64,000 nt of DNA, from the NCBI RefSeq assembly GCF_004346685.1, contig NZ_SMCO01000002.1, positions 120,940 to 184,939 of the forward strand, in the 5' to 3' direction. Both the position numbers and the translations under genes were made by a program. Each line of letters starts with the position of its first letter. The first letter of the stretch is position 1. Under the pieces are notes generated by a model. That model was not told the DNA's origin. It did no database searches and was given only the letters and a program-made list of their open reading frames with translations. This DNA comes from Sulfurirhabdus autotrophica (GTDB lineage Bacteria; Pseudomonadota; Gammaproteobacteria; Burkholderiales; SMCO01). Below, piece after piece: positions 29,617-38,803 of this stretch.

Positions 29617-30873
29617 ATGCGATTTACTTTGCGGCTGCTTTTATTTTTCCTGCTTATCCTGCCTTTTGCGTGCGTATTGCTCATTTGGCTTGCACTCTCT
29701 TCGAAACCAGCCGTACCTGAATCAGCCAATTTGTCCCACCTGGACATTGCCCGTGCGGAAGCTATCCTGAGACAAAATAATCCCCGCTATTTAGTGCCGG
29801 GAACCCTGCACAGCATAACGATCAATCAACAAGATCTCAGCCTGGCAGCCAACTACCTGTTACACAGAACGGGTCATGGTGGCGCACGTATCGATATAAC
29901 AGAAAATGCCATGCAGGTAGAAAGCAGCATCAAGTTACCGGCCATCCCCATTCCCACTTACCTGAATGTATGGCTAGCTGTAGAAGAATCAGAAGGGCAA
30001 CCTGAAATTACCAAACTGAAACTGGGCTCTCTCACCGTTCCCACATTTATGGCGAATTTAATTGTTCATGAATTGTTAACCAGCACCAAACAAACAAGAG
30101 AATACCAACTAGCTCACAGTGTTATTCAGCAGTTTAATCTTCAACCCGATAGATTAAACATGACATACCAGTGGCGACCAGATCAGCTGGGGGAACTCAG
30201 CCGGCACTTTATATCTGGCGCCGACTCCACTATCCTGCTTGCCTATCATGCACATTTAATGGCGCTCCAATCAACCGGTACGGCAATGTCCGGCTCCGCC
30301 GCCAACATGATGAAACCCATGTTTAAATTTGCTCAAGCACGCAGCATCATGGGTGACCCCATCGCTGAAAACCGTGCACTACTGCTGGTACTTGGCGCAT
30401 GGGCAAGCGGCCATGGCATGTCTACTCTGGTCCCTACAGAAATTCGCCATCCCTGGCGTTTCTCACTCACGCTTGAGCAGCGCATTGATTTTGCCCAGCA
30501 CTTCCTCACCTCTGCCGCAATTGCTGCAGGCGCAGACATTTCCCTGTCGAATGCAGTCGGCGTGTATAAGGAAGTGTCAGATTCAAAGGGAGGGAGCGGA
30601 TTCAGCTTTACAGACATAGCAGCAGACCGTGCAGGTACCCGTTTCGGTGAACTGGCCACTGCCTCGCCTGAAAATGCCAGGCGTGTTCAAAAACTGTTAT
30701 CCGAAGGCGTACAGGAAAAAGTCATCATCCCTAGAGTCGGCGATTTACCAGAAAGCATGCCTGAAAACGTTTTCAAACAGCGCTTTGGCGATGTAGGATC
30801 GGCCATTTATCTATCGCAAATGGCCGTTATAGAAAAGCGTATTGCCGACTGTAAATTATACAAAGGGAACTGA
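29617..30873 (+). CDS. Hypothetical membrane-anchored or secreted protein, 418 aa.
   Basis: N-terminal hydrophobic segment (LLLFFLLILPFACVLLIWLA). No recognisable catalytic motif. Confidence 0.45.
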   Translation: MRFTLRLLLFFLLILPFACVLLIWLALSSKPAVPESANLSHLDIARAEAILRQNNPRYLVPGTLHSITINQQDLSLAANYLLHRTGHGGARIDITENAMQVESSIKLPAIPIPTYLNVWLAVEESEGQPEITKLKLGSLTVPTFMANLIVHELLTSTKQTREYQLAHSVIQQFNLQPDRLNMTYQWRPDQLGELSRHFISGADSTILLAYHAHLMALQSTGTAMSGSAANMMKPMFKFAQARSIMGDPIAENRALLLVLGAWASGHGMSTLVPTEIRHPWRFSLTLEQRIDFAQHFLTSAAIAAGADISLSNAVGVYKEVSDSKGGSGFSFTDIAADRAGTRFGELATASPENARRVQKLLSEGVQEKVIIPRVGDLPESMPENVFKQRFGDVGSAIYLSQMAVIEKRIADCKLYKGN

Positions 30874-30909
30874 TTAGAAATAAAAATCAGCTGACCGATC
30901 ACCAAGCGT

Positions 30910-31248
30910 TCATTTTGGTTTCTTCGAAGGGAGCGAATGAACAAAATCAAGACACTTCAATACCCATTCCGATAAATCCGAGTCCTCCTCATATCCTGAA
31001 GATTCAACGTATACATACCCCTTCATCGGTTTACCAGTAAAATCCATCTCGCGTACGTACGGCCTGGATAGTGCCAGCTCGTAATACTCCGGGCCCACTC
31101 TTGCCATAAGAACATCCCCCACAATTCCGACAAACATATATCCACGAGACATGAAGGCTAACCCGCCAAACATCTTCCTCTCGGTAATGTTCTGCTGCGA
31201 CGGGAGAAGTTCTCTCAATCTTTGGGCAAGCCCTTCATCGTAAGACAT
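30910..31248 (-). CDS. TfoX N-terminal domain protein.
   Basis: 112 aa containing FGGLAFM...G characteristic of the TfoX_N domain. Confidence 0.65.
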   Translation of the reverse strand: MSYDEGLAQRLRELLPSQQNITERKMFGGLAFMSRGYMFVGIVGDVLMARVGPEYYELALSRPYVREMDFTGKPMKGYVYVESSGYEEDSDLSEWVLKCLDFVHSLPSKKPK

Positions 31249-31411
31249 GAAATATTCTCCTAACGAGGATTAGAAAACCACTTAATGTGCCATAAGTTAA
31301 GACTTGGTTTTGAATTATCCGCTAATGAAATCAACCTTGATAAAAATTTTACAATTGAAAAAAACTGGCAAGCTTATTGGAAAATCCATTAAGTTTGCCA
31401 GTTCAAAACAT

Positions 31412-32611
31412 CTACACCGCTTTAACGCTACGGTCAGTTAACCGGACCATATCGTTCATCACCCCATCTAACCCACCATAAACGTTAAGTGTGCTGATCC
31501 GGCCTGAGATTTTTTCCAGTATTTCCAGTTCTTTTAAGCGTATCAAAACAGGGTTCCCTTCCATCACCTTCGCGGTGTTATGCAATGATCGCGTTGCCTG
31601 CGTTTCCTCCTGCCGTTTGATCAGGTTTGCTTCTGCCACTTTTTGCGCTTCCACAACCTGAGTCAGAATAGCTTTCATTTCGCCAGGCAAAACAATATCG
31701 CGTGCACCAACCGTCTTAACTTCAATACCATAAGACAATGCTTTTTCAACAACAATCGCCTGCACCTGCTGGTTTAGTGAATTTTTATCTACCAGCAATT
31801 CATCCAGTGTTTGTGTGCTGACTATCGTACGCAAAGCCAGTTGCAGCTCTCGATACAAATAGTCTTTGGCATCAGCCAGTTCTGATTTAACCAGACGGGC
31901 ATCTTTAATCTGCCAGGTTGATGACAGGTTTACGCGTAAACTGACGCGGTCTTTGGTCAAAATTTCTTGCCCGTTAACCTCCATGTTTTGCAAACGACCA
32001 TCCAGCATTGTTACCGCAATTTTGCGGTTAAATTTCCACCAGACATAGGTACCTGCAACCAATGTGCCAACATTTTCGCCATCCACCTCCAGAAACCCGA
32101 CATGCCGCTCAGGTATGCTAGCACTGGTCACTGCTGCTGACGTAGCCAGTTTCAGCAACTCGTCCTTGGCATTGGTGAGTAACGCAGCCAGCTTTTTGGA
32201 TACTGAAAAATCTTCTCTGATATCGATCTTCTCAATACGTATAGCATGCTGGGTCTTCCAGTAAGCACCTTGCTGAGCAGGCGCTTTAATATCTTTCAGC
32301 ACATTATTCTGATAGACCAAACCCACTTCCTGCTCACCGGTTTGCCATGTTTGCAAGTGCGTAGCAAATGCCTCTGCATGAAGCTCGGCCAGATAAATCA
32401 CTTCTTTGCTCACGCCCGCCTGCAAGGTGGTGAGAATATCGGTGACCTGCACCTGATACCGGTTCTGCCAGTCCCACACATAATGTACGCCAGGCACCAA
32501 AACCCTGACGAACTGTTTATCTTTGAATAGCAAGCCTCGCTGAGACTCTGCAATGATGATTTTCTTGTACTCCAACATGAATAATTTCATGGCACTTCTC
32601 CTGATTAACAA
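31412..32611 (-). CDS. SPFH/band-7 (stomatin/flotillin-like) domain protein.
   Basis: 399 aa with an SPFH-like core and a coiled-coil, Ala/Glu/Gln-rich C-terminal region. Confidence 0.7.
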   Translation of the reverse strand: MLIRRSAMKLFMLEYKKIIIAESQRGLLFKDKQFVRVLVPGVHYVWDWQNRYQVQVTDILTTLQAGVSKEVIYLAELHAEAFATHLQTWQTGEQEVGLVYQNNVLKDIKAPAQQGAYWKTQHAIRIEKIDIREDFSVSKKLAALLTNAKDELLKLATSAAVTSASIPERHVGFLEVDGENVGTLVAGTYVWWKFNRKIAVTMLDGRLQNMEVNGQEILTKDRVSLRVNLSSTWQIKDARLVKSELADAKDYLYRELQLALRTIVSTQTLDELLVDKNSLNQQVQAIVVEKALSYGIEVKTVGARDIVLPGEMKAILTQVVEAQKVAEANLIKRQEETQATRSLHNTAKVMEGNPVLIRLKELEILEKISGRISTLNVYGGLDGVMNDMVRLTDRSVKAV

Positions 32612-32847
32612 TCGTTGGCAGTGTCTCCACTCAAGTACTGGCTTGCATCATTGTGACGTGCAGGCAAACTGCTTGTTGCCAATTGCGCGCACGCTAACCC
32701 TGATACAAGGCAGTACCTGAGCTGGCGTTGGAATTCCTGAATCAGGCGTTAAATGTTACTGCTTCACGCTCACTTCATTCCTCCCGCCGCCTGGAGGCTT
32801 ACCTGTGCCCTTGCGGGCTATTTTTTACAGCTACCGTGACAGGGTAG

Positions 32848-32921
32848 TTTCACTAGCCGGAGTCGAACCGGCGACAACTGAATGACTATTTCAGCGCTCT
32901 ACCAAGCTGAGCTATAGCGAT
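32848..32921 (-). ncRNA. tRNA-shaped element 2. Canonical acceptor, D and T arms, but a non-canonical anticodon loop (ATAGTCA, pyrimidine at position 37) and an A1-A72 mismatch. Possible tRNA mimic or pseudo-tRNA.
   Basis: Hand fold of the minus strand: ATCGCTA-TA-GCTC-AGCTTGGTA-GAGC-G-CTGAA-ATAGTCA-TTCAG-TTGTC-GCCGG-TTCGACT-CCGGC-TAGTGAA-A. It shares its first nucleotide with the CCA of element 1. Confidence 0.5.
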
Positions 32922-32994
32922 GGAGCCGCCAGATGGATTCGAACCAACGACACCCGATTTGCATCGGTGCTCTACCAGACTGAGCTATGGCGGC
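32921..32994 (-). tRNA. tRNA-shaped element 1 with an encoded CCA. The anticodon region TGCAAA suggests Cys(GCA) with discriminator U73, but the anticodon arm is 2-3 nt short (6-nt loop, or a 4-nt loop with a CCGAT/ATCGG stem). Possible pseudo-tRNA or tRNA mimic.
   Basis: Minus-strand hand fold: GCCGCCA-TA-GCTC-AGTCTGGTA-GAGC-ACCGATGCAAATCGGG-TGTC-GTTGG-TTCGAAT-CCATC-TGGCGGC-T-CCA. It is 71 nt before the CCA, against about 74 expected. Confidence 0.55.
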
Positions 32995-33102
32995 AATTTT
33001 CAGTACTTGCTTGTTATCGATACGCAGTTCGCCATTGACGGCTGCGTCAGACAGATTTTTGAATCTGCTCCGCTGATAACAGGCCCACACTAAAATTTTT
33101 TA

Positions 33103-34329
33103 TCACCCCTTTACACAAACTACTTGCTTTAAGGTGTGAACAATTTCGACTAAATCCGCCTGTGCAGCCATCACCTGTTCGATGGGTTTGTAAGCAGAGG
33201 GGGTTTCATCTATAACATCTTTGTCTTTACGACATTCCACGCCTTCCGTCGCTTTAATATGTTCAGCCAACGTAACTTGGCGTTTGGCTTCAGTTCTTGA
33301 CATCACGCGCCCCGCACCGTGGCTGCAACTACAGAAACTTTCCTCATTCCCAAGTCCGCGTACGATGAAAGATCGCGCCCCCATGCTGCCCGGAATAATT
33401 CCCATCTCGCCCTTGCGCGCGCTTACGGCCCCCTTACGCGTTACCCAGACATTTTCACCATAATGACTTTCACGACTGATGTAGTTATGGTGGCAATTCA
33501 CCGCTTCAACATCAGCTTCAAATTTCACATTCATGACTTCGCGCATGGCGCTTAATGTGTTCAACATCATCACCTCCCGATTTGCGCGAGCGAAATCCTG
33601 TGCCCATGCAACTGCTTCGATATAGTGGCGAAAATTCTCACTCCCTTCGGGTATGTAAGCCAAATCTTTATCCGGCAAGTGAATGAACCATCGCTCCATA
33701 TCCTTTTTGGCTTGCTCAATAAAGTACGTACCAATACGGTTACCTACTCCGCGTGAACCACTATGCAACATCACCCACACTGCATCTGCTTCATCCAGAC
33801 AAATTTCTACAAAGTGATTCCCTGTACCCAACGTCCCTAAATGATTCAAGTTGTTCGTGTTCTTCAAAAAAGGATGCTTTTCACACAAATGCTCAAACCC
33901 GGCATGTAAGGGCGCCCATGCTTGCAACACTTCTTCTGGCGCTTTACCCCAGCTACCTGTATCACGTACACCACGATGTTGAATCGAGCGTCCATGCGGT
34001 ACTCGCTTCTCAATTTCCGCACGCATTGCACTTAACGAATCTGGCAACTGTGCAGCAGTAAGTGATGTTTTTGCCGCCATCATGCCGCACCCAAGGTCCA
34101 CACCTACGGCCGCCGGAATTACTGCGCCAATTGTCGGTATCACGCTACCAATTGTCGCGCCCTTACCAACGTGCACATCTGGCATGGCAGCGATCCATTT
34201 ATGAATAAATGGCATCTGGGCAATGTTGCGCAGCTGCTGCTTGGCGTTATCGTCAAATTGCACACCTCTTGTCCATGATTTAACTGGATGTTGGCCTTCG
34301 GCACTTAAAACTTCGTATGGTGTATTCAT
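33103..34329 (-). CDS. rtcB: RNA-splicing ligase RtcB.
   Basis: Conserved CHHNY, GSMGARS and SHGAGR motifs. The probable start is the internal Met at 34329 (AAAGGAA ribosome-binding site). The long ORF starts at 34359. Confidence 0.85.
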   Translation of the reverse strand: MNTPYEVLSAEGQHPVKSWTRGVQFDDNAKQQLRNIAQMPFIHKWIAAMPDVHVGKGATIGSVIPTIGAVIPAAVGVDLGCGMMAAKTSLTAAQLPDSLSAMRAEIEKRVPHGRSIQHRGVRDTGSWGKAPEEVLQAWAPLHAGFEHLCEKHPFLKNTNNLNHLGTLGTGNHFVEICLDEADAVWVMLHSGSRGVGNRIGTYFIEQAKKDMERWFIHLPDKDLAYIPEGSENFRHYIEAVAWAQDFARANREVMMLNTLSAMREVMNVKFEADVEAVNCHHNYISRESHYGENVWVTRKGAVSARKGEMGIIPGSMGARSFIVRGLGNEESFCSCSHGAGRVMSRTEAKRQVTLAEHIKATEGVECRKDKDVIDETPSAYKPIEQVMAAQADLVEIVHTLKQVVCVKG

Positions 34330-34371
34330 ATTTATTCCTTTCAACTTATTGTTATTCACAGTTATCAGATA

Positions 34372-34387
34372 GCAATTGCTGTGCCAG
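34372..34387 (-). promoter_or_regulatory. Sigma-54 (-24/-12) promoter driving rtcB. Minus-strand sequence is TGGCAC-AGCAA-TTGCT.
   Basis: Exact match to the consensus TGGCAC-N5-TTGCW, about 12-45 nt upstream of the rtcB start. Divergent from the sigma-54 activator gene rtcR. Confidence 0.7.
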
Positions 34388-34522
34388 AAATAATTAATTT
34401 CAGCATAATATTTTTATCCAATTGTAAATAAACAAATAATTCACACTATTAAACAAATAATAAATTGGCGCGATAAATTTAATATACAATAAATCTATCT
34501 TACAAGATAAGTTGCTATCTAA

Positions 34523-36121
34523 ATGAATACAACGATAATCGGCATTTTGGGTTCCAGGCTAGATCATGGCGGCCTTGGCAGAAACAGAACGAAACGGTGG
34601 CGTCCAAATGTTTCGCTGCTCATGCATGCAGAACTGCCCGTTAATGAGTTTGTGTTGATCCATCACCCGGAAGAGGCTGCACTTGCCGAGATCACCATGC
34701 GCGACATGCGCGAAATATCTCCGCAAACAAGTGTCATCCCTTATCTGGTTAATTACAGTGATCCATGGGATTTTGAGGAGGTATACAGTCAGCTATTGGA
34801 TTTCACACGCAGCTATTCATTTGACCCTGAACAAAGTGATTATTATGTCCATATCACTACGGGAACACATGTAGCCCAAATCTGTTTGTATTTATTGACT
34901 GAGGCAAGATACATACCCGGCAAACTGCTGCAAACTTCCCCAGGCGAAGAAGGGCCAAAGGGGCAATACCAGATCATTGATCTTGATCTTTCGCGATACG
35001 ATCAGATTGCATCACGTTTTGAGCGTGAGGCCATGGATGGCATCACCTATCTGAAAAGCGGAATAGAAACACACAACACAGCATTCAATGCATTAATTTC
35101 ACAACTGGAACATGTATCTATCCGATCCTCCGCGCCCATCCTGCTTACCGGACCAACCGGAGCAGGCAAGTCACGCCTTGCAAAACGCATTTATGATCTG
35201 AAGAAACAGCGTGGGCAAATAAAGGGTAAATTGGTTGAGGTTAACTGTGCCACTTTGCGGGGCGACAATGCAATGTCTGCCCTTTTTGGCCATGTAAAAG
35301 GCGCATTCACCGGTGCGCTTAACACCCGCGCCGGGTTGTTACGGGAAGCAGACAACGGCTTGCTGTTTCTGGATGAAATTGGCGAACTCGGCCTAGACGA
35401 GCAGGCAATGCTGCTCAGGGCAATTGAAGACAAGATTTTTATGCCATTTGGCGCAGATATTGAAGTAAGCAGTAATTTTCAGTTAATCGCAGGAACCAAC
35501 AGAGATTTATTCGAGCAAGTTCGTCTGGGACTTTTTCGCGAAGATCTATTGGCACGTATTAACCTGTGGACTTATGAGCTACCTTCCCTAAGAAACAGAA
35601 TAGAAGATCTGGAACCAAACATAGAACACGAGTTGCACCAATTCACCATTAAAGCCGGACACAAAGTGAATTTTAATAAAGGTGCGCGTGAAAACTATCT
35701 GGAATTTGCTCGCTCACCGCAAGCAATGTGGCGGGCAAATTTCCGCGATCTCAATTCCAGCATTACCCGCATGGCCACTTTGGCAACCGGAGGCAGGATT
35801 ACGGAAGAAATTGTAGAAGGTGAGATTTTGCGCCTACAAAAAGGGTGGTCCGGATTTTCAGATAAGCAACCATTCTCAACTGAAATACTCAGTGAAATTT
35901 TACCATCAGAAACATTAACCGAAATTGATTTGTTTGATCAAATTCAACTGACGCAAGTCATCAATATATGCAGAGAAAGCCGGAGTCTTGCAGAAGCAGG
36001 TCGTAAATTATTTAATCGCAGCCGCACACAAAAATCCAGCATCAATGACTCACATCGGTTAAAGCAATACTTAATACGTTTTGGCCTGGAGTTCCAAGGA
36101 GTAATCACCAGGCAATCCTAA
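34523..36121 (+). CDS. rtcR: RtcR, a sigma-54-dependent activator with an N-terminal CARF-like sensing domain.
   Basis: 532 aa. AAA+ sigma-54 interaction core (GPTGAGKS, GAFTGA) with a non-receiver N-terminal domain. Divergent from rtcB. Confidence 0.8.
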   Translation: MNTTIIGILGSRLDHGGLGRNRTKRWRPNVSLLMHAELPVNEFVLIHHPEEAALAEITMRDMREISPQTSVIPYLVNYSDPWDFEEVYSQLLDFTRSYSFDPEQSDYYVHITTGTHVAQICLYLLTEARYIPGKLLQTSPGEEGPKGQYQIIDLDLSRYDQIASRFEREAMDGITYLKSGIETHNTAFNALISQLEHVSIRSSAPILLTGPTGAGKSRLAKRIYDLKKQRGQIKGKLVEVNCATLRGDNAMSALFGHVKGAFTGALNTRAGLLREADNGLLFLDEIGELGLDEQAMLLRAIEDKIFMPFGADIEVSSNFQLIAGTNRDLFEQVRLGLFREDLLARINLWTYELPSLRNRIEDLEPNIEHELHQFTIKAGHKVNFNKGARENYLEFARSPQAMWRANFRDLNSSITRMATLATGGRITEEIVEGEILRLQKGWSGFSDKQPFSTEILSEILPSETLTEIDLFDQIQLTQVINICRESRSLAEAGRKLFNRSRTQKSSINDSHRLKQYLIRFGLEFQGVITRQS

Positions 36122-36124
36122 GCT

Positions 36125-36883
36125 TCACTCCCAGCTTTTATCATATAAAACCGCACAACCTTTTCCTGATTTCTTTGCACGATACATAGCCATATCGGCT
36201 TTATTCAATGCCTCAACCGCATCCAGTCGTTCCGATCCTAACAGGCATATTCCGATGCTGGCACCAACGTGCAGTACATGGCCGTTAAAATCAAAAGGCC
36301 TATTTGCCAGATTAATCAACTTTTCAGCGATTCGTAACGATTTATCCTTTGCTTGCGGCTCATCAACATCCAAATGATCAACCATAACAACAAACTCATC
36401 CCCCCCCATTCGCCCTGCAACGTCTTCTGTTCGAATGGAAGACCTAAAGCGTGTAGCTATTTCAACCAGCACCGCATCGCCCGCATCATGACCAAAATCA
36501 TCGTTTACACGCTTAAAGCCATCCAAATCAATTACCAGCAAAGCCCCAAAAATCTTATGTCTAACGCTGCTCGCTAACACTCTTTCCAGATGTTTTAAAA
36601 CATGACGTCTATTTGCCAGTTGCGTCAACGCATCGGTAAATGCCAAGTGACTGATTTGACCTAGAGCATCATCACGCGCATTCACAAAAGGCTTAATCAC
36701 CCATAAGTAAACAGCTGGCGTAGACAAAGTTGCCAACAGCATTACGTCCAGCACTGCTTCTGCAATTGCATTCATTTCAAAGGGAACAATGCGCAAAACA
36801 AGCATAATCAGGAATTCTGCAGATGCAATAATGGCTGCTATCCTGATAATCACTTGTTTTGTTGATAATAGTTCAATGATCAT
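36125..36883 (-). CDS. Membrane-anchored GGDEF diguanylate cyclase.
   Basis: RMGGDEFVVMV motif with N-terminal transmembrane helices. Confidence 0.85.
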   Translation of the reverse strand: MIIELLSTKQVIIRIAAIIASAEFLIMLVLRIVPFEMNAIAEAVLDVMLLATLSTPAVYLWVIKPFVNARDDALGQISHLAFTDALTQLANRRHVLKHLERVLASSVRHKIFGALLVIDLDGFKRVNDDFGHDAGDAVLVEIATRFRSSIRTEDVAGRMGGDEFVVMVDHLDVDEPQAKDKSLRIAEKLINLANRPFDFNGHVLHVGASIGICLLGSERLDAVEALNKADMAMYRAKKSGKGCAVLYDKSWE

Positions 36884-37168
36884 AGTAGAATTTATTATAA
36901 AAACTCAAAATTGAATTGACCGTTATGCAATAAGAATATACTACGCGTCAATCTGAAACAAATATCCTTAAAAGTATTACGCTCCTCAAAATTCGGGAAA
37001 TTTCAACTAATACATTTTAAGCCTGATCAGCGTGTAACTCGTTGTGCATAGATTGGCTACTTAGACATTCTTGTTATATTCTAAAAAAATACGATAGTAT
37101 AGGAATTTGGCTTTCAAATCTGCTATAAGCACCACAAAAGTGCCCGAAAAACCAATATTGAACTTGAC

Positions 37169-37774
37169 ATGGCAGCTTACAAAATTTCAACGTTTAAAAA
37201 ACCATACGTTTTTCAACGAGGTTTCACCTATATCGGGCTGATGATTGCTGTGGCTATCATGGGTATCAGCCTAGCTGCTGTGGGCCAGATGTGGCACAAC
37301 ATTCAAACTCGTGAAAAAGAAAAACAGCTACTCTATATTGGCGATCAATACCGGAAAGCCATTGCACATTATTATCAGGAGAGTCCAGGCGCCGCAAAAA
37401 AATATCCGACTTCACTGGACGAACTGGTCAAGGATTCACGCTACGTCACTACAAAACGCTATATCCGGAAAAAATATAAAGACCCGATAACCGGCAATGA
37501 AGAATGGGGAGTGATTCCTGGTACAAATGGTGGCATTATGGGCGTTTACAGCCTCTCTACAGACGAGCCACTTAAAACGGGTGACTTTCGCCCTGCAGAC
37601 AGCCTGTTTGAAAATAAAAAGAAATATTCTGAGTGGGCCTTCTTTGCGCCACGCACCAGCCCCGCCACCACGCAAACACAAACATTAGCTACTGGAACAG
37701 CACCCAATCAAAATCCAGCAATCCCGCAAACCATTCCTCAACCACCATCTTCCATTATTCAGCCTCAAAACTAG
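37169..37774 (+). CDS. Prepilin-type N-terminal domain protein (pseudopilin-like), atypical.
   Basis: QRGFTYIGLMIAVAIMGISLA resembles a prepilin cleavage/methylation region, but it has Gly rather than Glu at +5. The C-terminus is Pro/Gln/Thr-rich. Confidence 0.45.
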   Translation: MAAYKISTFKKPYVFQRGFTYIGLMIAVAIMGISLAAVGQMWHNIQTREKEKQLLYIGDQYRKAIAHYYQESPGAAKKYPTSLDELVKDSRYVTTKRYIRKKYKDPITGNEEWGVIPGTNGGIMGVYSLSTDEPLKTGDFRPADSLFENKKKYSEWAFFAPRTSPATTQTQTLATGTAPNQNPAIPQTIPQPPSSIIQPQN

Positions 37775-38312
37775 TAAGTTCGAGTATTTAGCCCATAGAT
37801 AGAGCTGAAGGCTTATTTGTTTGCATATGCCCACACCAGCAAATAGCTTTAAAGTGCCCATTTGAAACCCTGGCTGACAACTAACTAGTACCAAGTTGCG
37901 TAGGGTAGACATCCATTCGTTCACTCTGAATCTTGGCCGTGCCAAATATCGTCATCTACATGGGTCACTTGGGAGATAAAGGTCTAAGTTAAGTAGCTGA
38001 TCGTAAAAACGTTTACTAAAGATATTGGCAATTATGTCGATACTTTAATTTTATTGGGACAATTCGTGAATGTAAATTACCAATTCCAATAGGTACATTA
38101 ATCAGCACAAGTGCGTAATTATTTAACAACTTGTTATCAGTTCGCTGATTTTGATCGCCTGAATTATGTCTTTGATTCAGGCTTTCCAGATAAATGTTTC
38201 GCTTAAAATAATCATTGGACTACTGGTGTAAAACATTGCGTACATATTCGATTCAAACCCATCTCCTGCTGCTAGTCTTGGGAGTTTCCGTTCCGCGCGT
38301 ATCAGCCGTCGG

Positions 38313-38531
38313 ACTTGTCATTTATTCCTCAGCGACCCCAACGATGCAGCCATTGCCAGAACCATCGTGGCACTGGCACAGAACTTGGGGTTAAGCGTCA
38401 TTGCGGAAGGTGTTGAAACAGACGCGCAATGCGCATTTCTGGCGAGTGCAGGTTGTTATGCATATCAAGGGTATTTTTTTAGTCGCCCCCTGGCTTTAAA
38501 TGCATTCGAAGCTTTTGTGCTGCAACCTTGA
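38313..38531 (+). pseudogene. Remnant of the C-terminal end of an EAL-domain gene.
   Basis: An in-frame stretch translates to ...[63 protein letters not shown]-stop, the conserved EAL C-terminus. The upstream frame degenerates with no EAL core or start codon. It sits in a roughly 1 kb gene-poor gap. Confidence 0.6.
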
Positions 38532-38803
38532 AACCTTCTGGATATTGTGTCAGTACAGTGTCTGCGAGTTCCTGACTATCATTGATCACAAACCAATTGC
38601 ATGTTGTGCAAGTTGAGCAAACCTTTATGAAAGAGTCAACGCGTGCTTAGGGTTGGTAACACCCATTCTTTCCCCCTGTTACCAAGTTAAATGGGCTGCG
38701 GGGATACCGGCGCATAAAACGATCACCTGCAGTAACATTTGAATCACTGTTTGAACAAGATGGCGGATTATGTTAATGACCTGACTTAGATAAATCTGCT
38801 TGC

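Noticed and set aside
32612-32847. GC-rich hairpins (CCTCC...GGAGG, then GCCC-TTGC-GGGC followed by TTTTTT on the plus strand) between the SPFH gene and the tRNA-like elements, considered as a terminator.
   Set aside because: The T-run follows the hairpin on the plus strand, but no plus-strand gene reads into it. The orientation is ambiguous, so it is noted as possible structured RNA rather than called a terminator.
32899-33090. 63-aa ORF on the minus strand.
   Set aside because: It overlaps the tRNA-shaped elements and the rtcB 3' region. It has no ribosome-binding site, and its translation is low-complexity nonsense.
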